DNA of 64,000 nt from Hemiscyllium ocellatum (GCF_020745735.1 NC_083444.1:7446338-7510337); one strand, 5' to 3'. Positions 1 through 13,860 are shown, counted from the stretch's first letter. A program made the numbers and translations. Notes: a model not told the origin generated them from the sequence alone.

Positions 1-489
1 GTTCCACTTTCTGCTCTGGGTGGATTATGAAGCCAGGTCCCCTGGAATATTACCTGGGTCTCTCTGGGTCTGGCAACAACACCACTCGGCCACCACATTC
101 TCCCTCCAGGGGCTATTCTTGTAAACACCCTCTGCGTTTTCTCAGTAATGTGGCACGCACAGCAGGTCACCAGACTTCCTCTGAGGTTTTGTGACACGTG
201 AAAACAAAACCACGAATAGTTTCTTGGTTCGGTGGAGCCATTGCATGGCTCCCATGTTGCAGCTTCAACCATTGAGGTGACACCGAGGGCCAGGACACAG
301 GGCAGTTGATGGAGGGAAGGGTCTAGGGGTTGGCAGTCGAATGTTATTTCTGGAGGAGAGTTGGGGGTGGGGGGAGATGTGGGGAATGCATTGGCTGATC
401 CGGTGGTCTGATTTCTTAATGTGCTTTGATGTTCACCCTTCCCTCACCAAATTACCATTCCACAATGTCCATTTGGTGTAGGGGTTGGA

Positions 490-1410
490 GGAGGTGACAG
501 AGATAGAGACGAGTGTAGGGCTACAGGAGGTGACTGTGGTAGGGAGGGATATAGGGGCTGGAGGAGGTGACAGAGATAAGAGGGGTGGAAAGGCTGGAGG
601 AGGTGACAGAGACAGGGAAGGGTATAGGGGCTGGAGGAGGTTACAGAGATAGGGAGGGATGTAGGAGCTGGAGGGGGTTACAGAGATAGGGAGGGGGTGT
701 AGGGGCTGGAGGGGGTTACAGAGATTGGGAGTGGGTGTAGGGGCTGGAGGGGGTTACAGAGATAGGGAGCAGATGTAGGGGCTGGAGGAGGTTAGAGCGA
801 TAGGGAGGGATGTAGAGGATGGAGGAGGTTACAGAAATAGAGAAAGGTACCAGGGCTGGAGGGGGTTACAGAGATATAGGGAGGGATGTCAGGACTGGAG
901 GAAGTGACAGAGATAAGGAGGGGTGTAGGGGGTTACAGAGATAGGGAGGGATGTAGGGGATGGAGGAGGTTACAGAGATAGGGAGAGGTGCCTGGGCTGG
1001 AGAGGGTTACAGAGATAGCGAGGGGGTAGCGGGGATGGAGGGGGTTAGAGAGATAGGGAGGGGGTGGAGGTGCTGGAGGGTGTTACAGAGATAGGGAGGG
1101 TGTGGAGGGGCTGGAGGGGGTGACAGAGATAGGGAGGAGTGTAGGGACTGGAGGAAGTGACAGAGATAGGGAGGGGGTGGCGGGGCTGGAGGGGGTGACA
1201 AATATAGGGAGGGGATGTAGGGGCTGGAGGGGGTGACAGAGATTGGGAGAGGTGCCAGGGCTGAAGGGGGTGACAGAGATAGGGAGGGGGTGTAGGGGCT
1301 GGAGGGGGTTACAGAGATAGGGAGGGGGTGTCAGGGCTTGAGGGGGTTACAGAGATAGGGAGGGGGTGTTGGAGCTGGAGGAGGTGACGGAGTTAGGGAA
1401 GGGTGAGGGA
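490..1410. repeat. G-rich ~37-38 bp minisatellite in gene 1 intron 2
   Basis: Tandem degenerate units like GGGAGGGGGTGTAGGGGCTGGAGGGGGTTACAGAGATA; boundaries approximate. Confidence 0.9.
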
Positions 1411-1493
1411 GAGTTAGGAGATGAATACTAAACCTGAGGCAATGCAGGGGGTATCATACACAAAGTAATACTGAGACTTTAAAGCAGTATTAC

Positions 1494-1862
1494 CTCGGAC
1501 AGTCAGGTAGGTCCCTGGGATGCTTTGCCAGACTGCATAACGATTTCCTGTTATCGCCACCCGACAGAAATAACGGTTTGTATCCCTTGTTCTCAGCTGC
1601 TTTATCCGGATGGTCCCTGTCCTCTCCTTGGCCGGATCTCCCAGGAATTGAATTCGCCCTCGGTATTCAGGGTGAGTGTATCCCAGAGACATATTGAAGA
1701 TAAATTCCCCGTGAAACTCGTTTCTTCTCCAGGTAATGTCATACCGTGTGGGTGTGTGTGTATCTGGGTAAGTGAATGTACACGGGATGTCGACCCATCC
1801 CCCTTCCACACCCTCCAGTCGACCCGGTTGGTTCACTGTGAAACCATCTCCATGGATCATCC
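1494..1862 (-). CDS. PILR-like: Gene 1 V-set Ig exon (369 nt, phase 1-1), PILR-like receptor
   Basis: Acceptor ctctccctcAG, donor GTAATA; encodes IPCTFTYP..WRRNEFHG..RIQF..GTIRI..D..YFCRV..WQSIPGTYLTVR. Confidence 0.93.
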
Positions 1863-1964
1863 CTGAGGGAGAGCGAAACAGCAAACAGTCATTTAGGAAT
1901 CCTGAATAAATCTCTCCCAGCTGGAGACCAGTCCCCAGGATATCCCCCAGTGACAGAGAGACTC

Positions 1965-3236
1965 TGTAACTGAGACAGCAAAATGTAACTCACTCCTGGG
2001 TATCTGTTATTCTGTATATAACCCACCCTGAACCCCTCGATTAGATTCCAGTCTGTAACTCCCTCCCGGGTAACTGTTACTCTGTACATAAACCACCCTG
2101 AACCCCCCCGATTAGATTCCAGTCTGTAATTCCCTCCCGGGTATCTGTTATTCTGTACATAAACCACCCTGAACCCCTCGATTAGATTCCAGTCTGTAAC
2201 TCACTGCCGGGTATCTGTTACTCTGTACATAAACCACCCTGAACCCCCCGATTAGATTCCAGTCTGTAATTCCCTCCCGGGTATCTGTTATTCTGTACAT
2301 AAACCACCCTGAACCCCTTGATTAGATTCCAGTCTGTAACTCACTCCCGGGTATCCGTTATTCTGTATATAGACCACCCTGAACCTCTCGATTAGATTCG
2401 AGGCTGTAACTCACTCCCGGGTATCTGTTACTCTGTATATAAACTACCCTGAACCCCTCAATTAGATTCCAGTCTGTAATTCCCTCCCGGGTATCTGTTA
2501 TTCTGTACATAAACCACCCTGAACCCCTCGATTAGATTCCAGTCTGTAACTCACTGCCGGGTATCTGTTACTCTGTACATAAACCACCCTGAACCCCCCG
2601 ATTAGATTCCAGTCTGTAATTCCCTCCCCGGTATCTGTTATTCTGTACATAAACCACCCTGAACCCCTTGATTAAATTCCTGTCTGTAACTCACTCCCGG
2701 GTATCTGTTATTCTGTATATAGACCACCCTGAACCTCTCGATTAGATTCGAGGCTGTAACTCACTCCCGGGTATCTGTTACTCTGTATATAAACTACCCT
2801 GAGCCCCTCAATTAGATTCCAGTCTGTAATTCCCTCCCGGGTATCTGTTATTCTGTACATAAACCACCCTGAACCCCTCGATTAGATTCCAGGCTGTATC
2901 TCACTCCCGGGTATCTGTTATTCTGTATATACACCACCCTGAACCCCTCGATTGGATTCCAATCTGTAACTTACTCCCGGTTATCTGTTATTCTGTATAT
3001 AAACCATCCTGAACCCCTCGATTAGATTCCAGGCTGTAACTCACTCCCGGGCATCTGTTATTCTGTATATATACCATCCTGAACCCCTCGATTAGATCCC
3101 AGTCTGTAACTCCCTCCCGGGTATCGGTCATTCTGTATATAAATCACCCTGAACCCCTCGATTAGATCCCAGTCTGTAACTCACTCCTGGGTATCTGTTA
3201 TTCTGTATATAAACCACCCTGAACCCCTCGATTAGA
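1965..3236. repeat. 60-bp tandem satellite (~20 units) in gene 1 intron 1
   Basis: Unit ACTCCCGGGTATCTGTTATTCTGTATATAAACCACCCTGAACCCCTCGATTAGATTCCAGTCTGTAACTC-like; shorter arrays at 17895-18270, 33075-33140, 60625-60670. Confidence 0.92.
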
Positions 3237-5155
3237 TAAAAACAATGACTGCAGATGCTGGAAACCAGATTCAGGGTTAGTGGTGCTGGAAGAGCACAGC
3301 AGGTCAGGCAGCATCCGAGGAGCAGGAAAATCGACATTTCGGGCAAAAGCCTTTCGTCAGAAATACAGGCAGAGGGACTGCAGGGTGGAGAGATAAATGA
3401 GAGGAGGGTGGGGGTGGGGAGAAAATAGCATAGAGTACAATAGGTGAGTGTGGGAGGGGATGAAGGTGATAGGTAGGGGGAGGGGAGGGTGGAATGGATA
3501 GGCAGGTAGGACAAGTCATGGGGACAGTGCTGAGCTGGAAGTTTGGGACTAGGATGAGGTGGGGGAAGGGGAAATGAGGAAACTGTTGAAGTCCACATTG
3601 ATGCCCTGGGGTTGAAGTGTTCCGAGGCGAAAAATGAGGCGTTCTTCCTCCAGGCATCTGGTGGTGAGGGAGCGGCGGTGAAGGAGGCCCAGGACCTCCA
3701 TGTCCTCGGCAGAGTGGGAGGGGAGTTCAAATGTTGGGCACAGGGCGGTGTGATTGATTGGTGCAGTGTCCCAGAGATGTTCCCTAAAGCTCTCTGCTAG
3801 GAGGCGCCCAGTCTCCCTAATGTAGAGGAGACCACATCGGGAGCAACGGATACAATAAATGACATCGGTGGATGTACAGGTGAAACTTTGATGGATGTAG
3901 AAGGCTCCTTTAGGGCCTTGGATGGAGGTGAGGGAGGAGGTGTGGGCGCAGGTTTTGCAGTTCCTGCGGTGGCAGGGGAAGGTGCCAGGTTGGGAGGGTG
4001 GGTCGTAGAGGGGCGTGGACCTGACCAGGTAGTCACAGAGGGAATGGTGTTTGCGGAAGGTGGAAAGGGGTCGGGAGGGAAATATATCCCTGGTGATGGG
4101 GTCCATTTGGAGGTGGCGGAAATGTTGGCAGATGATTTGGTTTATGCGAAGGTTGGAAGGGTGGAATGTGAGCACTGGGAGGTTCTGTCCTTGTTATGGT
4201 TGGAGGGGTGGGGTCTAAGGCGGAGGTGCGGGATGTGGACGAGATGCGTTGGAGGGCATCTTTAACCACGTGGGAAGGGAAATTGCGGTCTCTAAAGAAG
4301 AAGGACACCTGGTGTGTTCTGTGGTGGAACTGGTCGTCCTGGGAGCAGATACGGCGGAGGCGGAGGATTTGGGAATACAGGATGGCATTTTCGCAGGAGG
4401 TAGGGTGGGAACAGGTGTAATCCAGGTAGCTGTGGGAGTCGGTGGGTTTGTAAAAAATGTCGGTGTCAAGTCAGTCGTCATTAATGGAGATGGAGAGGTC
4501 CAGGAAGTGGAGGGAGGTGTCAGAGATGGTCCAGGTAAATTTAAGGTCAGGGTGGAATGTGTTGGTGAAGTTGATGCCACCTCATGGGAGCACGAGGTGG
4601 CACCAATGCAGTCATCAATGTAGCAGAGGAAGAGGTGGGGAGTGGTGCCGGTGTAATTACGAAGGATAGGCTGTTCTACATAGCTAACAAAGAGACAGGC
4701 GTAGCTGGGGCCCATACGGGTGCCCATAGCTACGCCTTTGGTCTGGAAGAAGTGGGAGGATTTGAAGGAGAAATTGTTCAGGGTGAGGACCAGTTTGGCC
4801 AAATGAATGAGAATGTCGGTGGAAGGGTAATGTTGGGGACGTTGGGAGAGGAAGAAACGGAGGGCTTGGAGGCCCTGGTCATGGTGGATGGAGGTGTATA
4901 GTGGTTGGATATTCATGGTGAAGATGAGGCATTGGTGGCCGGGGAAACGGAAGTCTTGGAGGAGGTGGAGGGCATGGGTGTGGGGAACGTATGTGGGGAC
5001 TAGGGGGGATAGGACAGTATCGAGGTAGGTAGAGATGAGTTCAGTGGGGCAGGAGCATGCTGAGACAATGGGTTGGCCAGGGTGGTCAGGCTGCCAGTTC
5101 TACTTCCATCCCAAGACTGGCCGGTTCTACCTCCTTCCCAAGATCCACAAACCCC
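3237..5155 (-). mobile_element. Penelope-like retroelement (RT + GIY-YIG), 5'-truncated, frameshifted
   Basis: RT motifs GVAMGTRMGPSYACLF and YIDD (ORF 4215-4916); GIY-YIG-like VIYCIRCSRCGLLYIRETGR (ORF 3549-4175). Confidence 0.9.
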
Positions 5156-5621
5156 TGGGACCCAGGTTTCCAATTGATGTTTTCGCGATGGGGGCACTGA
5201 AGGGGAGGGAGGTGTGGGAGAGACAAGTCTAAACCATCTTCCATGCTCCCCCTCTCCTCAACTCTGTAAATCACTCTCCCCACCATCCCCTATCCCATCA
5301 CCATTAGAGAACCAACTCCAGGACACTGCATTGATCTATCTCCTGGACCAGCCACAAGACAGTAACAAGGAGTCCTCTGTGTCTCAGTGTTTCACTTTGG
5401 GAATCCACAGCTCTGTGTATCCTGATCTCAGCCGTCAATCATCTTCCATTTTCCACACTCCTCGGCAGATTCCCAAAGGACACTCTGCCCGTTAAATCAT
5501 TCCTGAACTGCTCACTGCTGCCCCCATCCTGCAATCACATCACTGTCTGGTTCAGCAACACCCTCATCCCTCAGTTTAAGCCCCTCAGCCTGGTCGGAAA
5601 AACCCAGTGGTGAGTCAACCC

Positions 5622-6350
5622 TACACCCCCTCCCTATCTCTGTAACCCTCTCCAGCCCTACATCCCCTCCTTATCTCTGTAAGCCTCTCCCTGTCTCTGT
5701 AACTCCCTCCAGCCCCTACACCCCCTCCCTATCTCTGTAACCCCCTCCAGCTCCTACACCCCATCCCTGTCTCTGTAACCCCCTCCAGCCTATACACCCT
5801 CTCCCTATCTCTGTAACCCCCTCCAGCTCCTACACCCCCTCCCTATCTCTGTAACCCCCTCCAGCCTCTACACCCCCTCCCTATCTCTGTAACCCCCTCC
5901 AGCCCTACATCCCCTCCTTATCTCTGTAAGCCTCTCCCTGTCTCTGTAACTCCCTCCAGCCCCTACACCCCCTCCCTATCTCTGTAACCCCCTCCAGCTC
6001 CTACACCCCCTCCCTATCTCTGTAACCCCCTCCAGCCTATACACCCTCTCCCTATCTCTGTAACCCCCTCCAGCCCCTACACCCCCTCCCTATCTCTGTA
6101 ACTCCCTCCAGCCCCTACACCCCCTCCCTATCTCTGTAACCCCCTCCAGCCCCTACACCCCCTCCCTATCTCTGTAACCCCCTCCAGCCCCTACACCCCC
6201 TCCCTATCTCTGTAACCCCCTCAAGCCCCGATAACCTTCTTTATCACAGTAACTCCCTCCAGCCCCTATACCCCTCCCTATATCTGTAACCTCCCCCAGC
6301 CCCGACACCCCCTCCCTATCTCTGTAAACCCATCCAGACCCTATACCTCT
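5622..6350. repeat. C-rich-strand ~38 bp minisatellite in gene 1 intron 1
   Basis: Tandem CCCCCTCCCTATCTCTGTAACCCCCTCCAGCCCCTACA; reverse complement of the 490-1410 array. Confidence 0.9.
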
Positions 6351-6710
6351 CTGCCTGTAGAGCACACAAAACAACACTCTTCACTGTAACTCGGGGCATA
6401 TGGCAACAATAAATCAATCTACCAGCCCTGGGCACATTGAGAGCCAGGCACTGCTGTTTGGAACGGTGGCCCGACTCCACCATAAATTGCCAAGTCAGGA
6501 TGGGAGTCTCAACTCGCTTCCTTGAGGGGTCTTATTTTTCTGGTTTCGGAACTCGGTTGTCCAAGGGGTTTCGTAATAAGCAGCCGAATCGAAAGGAACC
6601 CGTGGTGATTTACCCACAGGACCAGGACGGAATAGCTGGTGAAGGGGAGGACTGAGTCCGAATCAGACGCCAAGTTGGTGACTCATTGGAATGAGATTGA
6701 ATTGACTCAC

Positions 6711-6753
6711 CGACACAGAGAGACAGGAGGAGGAGGTGAAGAGCAGAGCCCAT
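6711..6753 (-). CDS. PILR-like: Gene 1 signal-peptide exon (MGSALHLLLLSLCV-G)
   Basis: Good Kozak context GGCACGGCGATGG, hydrophobic leader, G|GTGAGT phase-1 donor matching the V exon; same peptide in genes 2 and 3. Confidence 0.9.
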
Positions 6754-6815
6754 CGCCGTGCCGGCTCTCGCTCTGGTCGTCTGCTTCCAATGATTACACG
6801 CGATTGATCGTGGGG

Positions 6816-6905
6816 TTTTATAACACACCCAGTCTTTCCACACAGTTAGTTCTGCTTTTTCATCTTCCTGTTCCTCTGCGCTCCAACCAACTTCAGGAGG
6901 AAGTG
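6816..6905 (-). promoter_or_regulatory. Gene 1 proximal promoter: TATAAAA (6822-6816) and Ets/PU.1-type GAGGAAGTG (6897-6905)
   Basis: TATA about 65 nt upstream of the ATG; Ets core at the equivalent position in all three genes. Confidence 0.5.
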
Positions 6906-6989
6906 GTCTCCTCAAACCGACTGAGGAGAGACGGTGGGAGTGTTTTTCTCACTTATTTCGAGAATTCCGATCTGCAAAGCAGCGAGGGG

Positions 6990-8810
6990 AGGGAGATCCA
7001 GAGGAGGTTGCTGGGGATGAAGGGCTTGTTGTATCAGGAGCAATTGAGGACACTGGGTCTGCAGACGATGGAGTTGGGAAGGATGGCAGGGGGAATCTAA
7101 TTGAAACTTACGGAATACTGAGCAGCCTGGATAGAGTGGGAGTAGAGAATTGAGCTGTCGGGAGAGGCTGAATAGGCTGGGGAGGATTTCCCTGGAGTGT
7201 CAGAGGCTGAGATTTATAAAATCATGAGAGGCATGGATAGGATAAATAGACAAGGTCTTTTCCCTGGGGTGGGGGAGTCCAGAACTAGAGGGCATAGGTT
7301 TAGGGTGAGAGGGGAAAGATATAAAAGGGACCTAAGGGGTAGCTTTTTCACACAGAGGGTGGTATGTGTTTGGAATGAGCTGCCAGTGGAGGTGGTGGAG
7401 GCTGGTTCACTGACAACATTTAAAAGAGACCTGGATGTGTATATGAATAGTAAGGGTTCGGAGGGATATGGGCCAAGTGCTGGTAAGTGGGACGAGATGA
7501 GGTCAGGAGATCTGGTTTGCATGGACGAGTTGGACTGTCGGGTCTGTTCCCGTGCGGTACATCTCTGTGACCCTATGAATAACACTAACTGTTAGCTTGA
7601 CCTAACTCTTTAAAATATATATTTGTGGGTGACTTGATTATATTGATGAAACAAACAAAATTTGCCTTTATGAGCACTTTCCCCATTTTGTTTTGCAAGC
7701 TGCCTTAATTGGTCAGACCTTTGAGTCGAGGAGTTTGGACGTTATGTTGATGTTATACAGGACAGTGGTGAGGTCTCTTCTGGGATACTGTGTAGAGTTC
7801 TGTTCACCCTGTTAATGGAATATGATTATTAAATTGAACAGGGTTTATATATGATCTACTTTATAAAATCATGAGGGGCATGGATAAGGTGAACAGCAAA
7901 GGTCTTTACTTTGGGGTAGAGGAGGTCAATACTGGGAGGGGGGGGCATAATATTGAGGGCAGAGGGGAAAGATTTAGAAGGGACCTAAGGGGCAACATTT
8001 TGCCACAGAGGGTGGTTCATGTGTGAAGTAGTGGGTGTAGGTCCGTTTGAAGCATTTAAAATCCACTTGGACAGCTCCCTAGATAGGAAAGAGTGAGAGG
8101 CAGGCGAGTGGGACTAGTTTAGTTTGAGAAATTTGGTCGGCATGGACGAGTTGGGCCGAATGGTCTGTTTCGGTGCTGTATGATGCTCTGAGAGGCTGTT
8201 TCCACCATTGGGAGAGACTAGGAGCTGAGGGCACAGAGGAACAGGGGACACAGCTTAAAAATAAGGGGTAGGCCATTTAGGACAGAGATGAGGAGAAACT
8301 TCTTCACCCAGAGAATGATGGCTGTGTGGAATGCTCTGCCCCAGAGGGCAGTGGAGGCCCAGTCTCTGGATTCATTTAAGAAAGAGTTGGATAGAGCTCT
8401 CAAGGATAGTGGGATCAAGGGTGATGGAGATAAGGCAGGAACAGGATGCTGATTGAGGATGATCAGTCATGATCAAAATGAATGGTGGTGCAGGCTCGAA
8501 GGGCAGAATGGCCCATTCCTGCACCTATAGTCTATTGGCACAGCCTCAGAGTGAAGCGACAAACTGCAGTGAAGAGGAATTTCTTCAGCCAGAGGATGGT
8601 GACTCCGTGGAAGTGATGACCACAGGGGACTGTGGAGACCCAGACATTGAGTGTCTTTACGACAGAGATAGGGAGGTTCCTGATTGGTAAGTGGGATCCA
8701 GGGTTGTGAAGGGAAGGCTGGGTAATGGGGTTGAGAAGCATATCAGCCAGGATGGAATGACAGAGCGGGCTTCATGGGCCGAATGGCCTCATTCTGCTCC
8801 TGTACCTTCT
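6990..8810 (+). mobile_element. Composite of CR1-type LINE 3' fragments
   Basis: CR1 C-terminal motifs (YKIMRG.DR..LFP..SRTRGH.F.VRG); homologous in inverted orientation to 29880-31440. Confidence 0.75.
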
Positions 8811-9581
8811 AGTCTCACAGCATGTCCCTGAACCCACACACTCGGGAGTGCTGTTCCAATAACACACTTATTAAGATTACATCAACTCTGTTTCAAACCC
8901 ACACAGCCGCTGTCACCATCGGTATCTGTCTCCTTTCAGCTGAAGATTACCCTGGGATGTCTTCTTTCTTTTTACTGTGAATATGTTTCATATGAAAAGG
9001 TACCTTTGACAGAGAGCGTTTCCAAATTCACTGGATCTGTGTTGATGGCAGTTGATTGGTCCGATTTTTAAAATGACTGCTTTTTTTTAGATCCCCAAAA
9101 TCAGATCTTCCCATTGGCTCAATGTTGGCAAGACAATATATTCAAACTTGATTGGGTTTTCGTCTCCTGGGACATAATTTAAGCTGATTGGTTAAACTTG
9201 AATTGTTGTCAATTCCAGGAACCAAAACGTTTGGTGCTGGAAAAGCACAGCCGGTCAGGCAGTACCAGAGTCTGACAGCACCTTTGACTCTGATCTGCAG
9301 CACCTGCAAACCTCACTCTCTCCTTGTTGAAAACATCAACCAACTCTTTGGCAACAGCCAAATGTTCCATATTTTCCATTTACCAGGACACTCTGGGACT
9401 GCCATCAAGTCATACCAGACGGGGGCTTGACAGCTCTTAGTTCAGAACAGTGTTTACTCTCTCTTTAAGGCACAGTACACACCTTCAACTTCATAACACT
9501 TGAGTTCAGGATGATTAATCTGCCGATTAGTTTGTAGAGAGATGGAGAAGGTCAAGTCCCTATAGTCTGACCAGAACATAG

Positions 9582-9932
9582 NNNNNNNNNNNNNNNNNNN
9601 NNNNNNNNNNNNNNNNNNNNNNNNNNNNNNNNNNNNNNNNNNNNNNNNNNNNNNNNNNNNNNNNNNNNNNNNNNNNNNNNNNNNNNNNNNNNNNNNNNNN
9701 NNNNNNNNNNNNNNNNNNNNNNNNNNNNNNNNNNNNNNNNNNNNNNNNNNNNNNNNNNNNNNNNNNNNNNNNNNNNNNNNNNNNNNNNNNNNNNNNNNNN
9801 NNNNNNNNNNNNNNNNNNNNNNNNNNNNNNNNNNNNNNNNNNNNNNNNNNNNNNNNNNNNNNNNNNNNNNNNNNNNNNNNNNNNNNNNNNNNNNNNNNNN
9901 NNNNNNNNNNNNNNNNNNNNNNNNNNNNNNNN
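9582..9932. other. Assembly gap (351 N) next to a (GA)n-rich tract at 9933-10130
   Basis: Run of N followed by a GA/GACA microsatellite. Confidence 0.98.
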
Positions 9933-12743
9933 ACACAGAGACAGTGTGTGTGTGAGAGAGAGAGAGACAGAGACAGAGAGAAAGAGAAGAGAGACACATA
10001 GAGAGAGAGAGACAGAGAGAGAGACAGAGGGGCAGAAAGAGAGAGATAGTGAGAGAGATAGTGAGAGAGAGAAAGACACAGAGACAGTGTGAGAGAGAGA
10101 GAGACGGAGAGAGAGAGAGAGAGAGACAGAGGTGACTGATGGTGGTTTAACTTGAGTGTCACCACGCCTCAAGTGAGGGGAGAGGGAAAGAAGGAAAGAA
10201 GCTTCATGGGAACCGCAGCTGGTGCGGGAATCGAACCCCCGGTGTTGGCTTCCCTGTCCGTTTCAAATCGGTCCCTTTAGCCAATGGAACCTGACTGACC
10301 CCTTCCCCCAGACAGTGCGGTATTGTCTATGTTTCTGAGCATGACGGGCTGATCCTGAGGCCGGAGTGCTGGAGATTCACTGTATGGAGGGCTGTGAGGG
10401 GATGTGGTCGCTCAAAGCCTGCCATCCCATAGATGGGGAGGGGGTTCCCCTCCACGAGGTGGTGAAAGATTGGGGCAGGGAGGGGGAGAGCAAGAGCGAT
10501 GGGAGGGGTGCTGTTTGGAATAGGTCCTCTCGGAGTGTGGGGTGGGACAATGAGGAGGAGAATGGGCACCAGTCACAGGCTTGTGTTGTTTCCCTTAGGT
10601 TTAGTGTGATGTTGGTGAGGGCAGTGTGCCGGGGAGGGGGGGTGGGGGCTGTTGAGAGGAAGGGGGCTATGACAATAGAACATAGAAAAGTACTGCACAG
10701 AACTTTTGGCCATCATGTTGTGCCGAGATTTCATCCTAATGTCAAATGTAGTAACTTAACCTACGCTTCCCTCTACTCACTGCTATCCATGTGGATATCC
10801 AGCAGTCACTTAACTGTCCCCAATGACTCTGCTTCCACCACCACAGCTGGCAACGCATTCCATGCATTCACAACTCTCTGCATAAAGAACCTACCTCTGA
10901 CGTCTCCTTTATACCTTCCTCCTGACATCTTCAAACTATGACTTCCCGTACCAGTCAATCCTGCCCTGGGATAAAGTCTCTGGCTATTGATTCCATCTAT
11001 TCCTCTTGATCAGGTCTCCTCTCTTCCTCCTTCTCTCCAGAGAGAAAAGTCCGAGCTTATTCAACCTTTCTTCATAAGACCAGCCCTCCAGTCCAGGCAG
11101 CATCCTGGTAAACCTGGTAAGCCTCTGTATCTTTGCTATAGTAGGACGACCAGAACTGGACACAATATCCCAAGTGTGGTCACACCAGGGACTTGTCGAG
11201 CAGCAGCAAAACCTCGCGGCTCTTAAACCCCATCCCCCTGTTAATGAAAACAATAGGCTTCCATTTTCTCACACATCTGTCGATCAACATGATGGACGTG
11301 CGATAGGCAGAGCTCGGCTCGAAACGCTGATCGGAGCAGCACTGAGCTCTGGACGGAAGTGACAACATCTCAACCACATCAACCCAGTCGAGTCATCACC
11401 AGGTTGGCTCCCCTTTTGACCTTTGCTGCTGCCCAGAGGCTGTTATGCTCAGAAAGGAGAGAGATTTCAAAACGGGAACTTTTTTTTTAACAGAGAATGG
11501 TTTGTGTGTGGAATGACCTTCCTGAGGACGTGGTGGATGTGGGTGCAGTGACAAATTTAGATAAGGACATGAAGAGGAAAAGTTTGGAGGGGTATGGGCC
11601 AGGAACAGGCAGATGGGACTAGTTTGGGATTATGCTCAGCATGGACTGATTAGAACGAAGGATCTGTTTCTGTGCTGTTGGACTCTGTGACTCAGCTGAA
11701 GAAATTCTTACTCATCTCATTTCTAAAGGGTCGTCCCTTCACTCGGTTCCCTCAGGTACTTGTCCATCCAAAATGGTGGAAACATCTTCCCCACATCCAC
11801 TCTATCCAGGCCTCTCAGTATCCTGGAGGTTTCAATCAGAACCTCATCTTCATTCCCTTCGAAAATCCATCCAGTACAAATCTTTCAGTCCCTGACCAAC
11901 CACAGAGATGTGTAGTTCTATATTGCCACCAGCAGGAAAGGTGGAAAATAACGTTCTCAAAATCTACTGGCTCATTAGCATTCTCTCACTCATTTTTATA
12001 TTTATTCACAGGACGAGATTGTCACTGGCTAGAGCAGCATTTATTACCCATCCCTAATTGCCCAGGGAAGAGGCAGCCACACCAAGTAAGGATGGAAGTC
12101 TCCTTCCCGAAAGAACATTAGTGAACGAGATTGGTTTTCCTAACAATTGTATCATGGTCATCATTAAACTCTGAAATCTAGATTTTGATGGAATTCAAAT
12201 CCCACCATCACCTGTTTTGCGAATCAAACCCAGGGCCCCAGAACATTACCTGGGTCTCTGGATTACAAGCCCAGCGATCATACCTCTAGTGTGTCATCAG
12301 GAATCTGCACAGTTCCTGAAGCCATTGTGGTGAACTGGGTTCTGAAGATGTGTCACTGGATCTGGAAGGTTTGTTCTGTTTCTCTCTCTCCACAGGCACA
12401 GCCAGACCTTGGTAAGTTTCTCCAGTAATTTTTGTTTTTGTTTCTGATTTCCAGCATCCACAGAGCTTTGTGTTATTTGTGATGAATTGGGTGCGATTTG
12501 ACGCAGAGAATCCTGAAGGTAACGCAACGAGAATTATTCTGTTCCAACCAGCAATAGAGATAATTGCACTAGAATTACGGACACCACCTATTCTGAACAC
12601 TCCACATCATAGAATTACAGGTGCTAGATATTCTAACTGTCCTACACAATCTGTAGAACTACAGATGCCACCTATTCTAAACTCCCTGTACAATAAAATT
12701 ACAGGTGCTACATATTCTAAACATCCAACACAATAGAAGATGT

Positions 12744-13024
12744 GGGTGGCACGGTGGCACAGTGGCTAGCACTGCTGCCTCACAGCGCCAGAGACCTGGG
12801 TTCAATTCCTACCTCAGGCAACTGTCGGTGTGGAGTTTGCACATTCTTCCTGCTCTGGTTTCCTCCTGCAGTCCAAAAGACGTGCAGGTCAGGTGAATTG
12901 GCCACTCTAAATTGCCCATAGTGTTAGGTGTAGGGGAATGTGTCTGGGTGGGTTGCTCGTCTTTGGAGGGTCAGTGTGGACAAGTTGGGCCAAAGAGCCT
13001 GTTTCCACACTGTAAGTAATCTAA
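12744..13024 (+). mobile_element. HE1-type elasmobranch tRNA-derived SINE
   Basis: GGTGGCACGGTGGCACAGTGG..GGGTTCAATTCC box A/B head and TAATCTAA tail. Confidence 0.85.
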
Positions 13025-13860
13025 CCAATAAAGTACAGGTACCACATATTCTAAACCACAATAGGAATTCTAGGACTGCTGCAATTATCTGTCGGCTTTG
13101 TCCAGGACCCGGTCCACGGTTATGAAGGAGCTGGGCATTGACTTCAGGAAGCAGAATGTAGGGCACACCGCACTCTGTACCAATGGAGCTGGGGGGAGAT
13201 GTTCGAGAGCTTCAAGATCCCAGTTTTAGACATTGCCAACAATCTGTCCTGATCCATCCACGTCATCGCTACAATCAAGGAAAGACAATAATGCCTCTCC
13301 TTCCTCAGGAGGTTCAGGAAATTCAGCCTGTCCCACAGGGACTCTCACCAATTTTTATAGATGCACCACAGACAGTAACCTGTCTGGATACATCACAGCT
13401 TGGGACAGCAACTGCTCTGCCCAGGACCACAACAAATTACAGAGAGTTGTGAACACAGCCCAAGTCCATCACACAAACCAGCCTCCCATCCATTGGCTCC
13501 ATCTCCACTTCCCGCTGTCTCGGGAAAGCAGCCAACATCATCGAGGGCTCTGTGACTTTATTCCGGGATCCGACATGGCCATCACTCGGATTGTCACAAC
13601 GGAGACATCTTGCAGGAAGGTTTATAGCCATCGATTGCGTATCTGGCGCAGACTCCTGAGAACATTCTGGAAGGTCATTGCGAAGTCTAGTCACATGGTT
13701 ACAGCGGCCATCTTTTCTGTTTGAACCACTTTATGTTAATTTTTATCAGATCCACTTGATGACACGAAAGAGACAAAGAATCAGAGACATCTGTTAGAAA
13801 GACAGCTACAAATCTCGAGAGATGGGAACAAGGGTCACAGAAACAAAACACAGGAGGGCT

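Noticed and set aside
1494-1862. V exons as rearranging Ig/TCR/IgNAR V segments
   Set aside because: Each exon encodes the whole domain through the G strand and ends in a GT splice donor; no heptamer/nonamer RSS was seen.
1525-1866. 113-aa antisense ORFs over the V exons (also 17450-17791 and 33261-33602)
   Set aside because: Shadow frames of the real exon; their recurrence follows from the duplication.
1965-3236. 60-bp array as a CRISPR-like repeat
   Set aside because: Units are contiguous with no unique spacers, the context is eukaryotic, and no cas genes are present.
6851-6875. Ets-IRF composite element in the gene 1 promoter
   Set aside because: Spacing is non-canonical and the motif is not conserved in genes 2 and 3.
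9454-10172. ORFs spanning the N run
   Set aside because: Artefacts of the assembly gap and the GA microsatellite.
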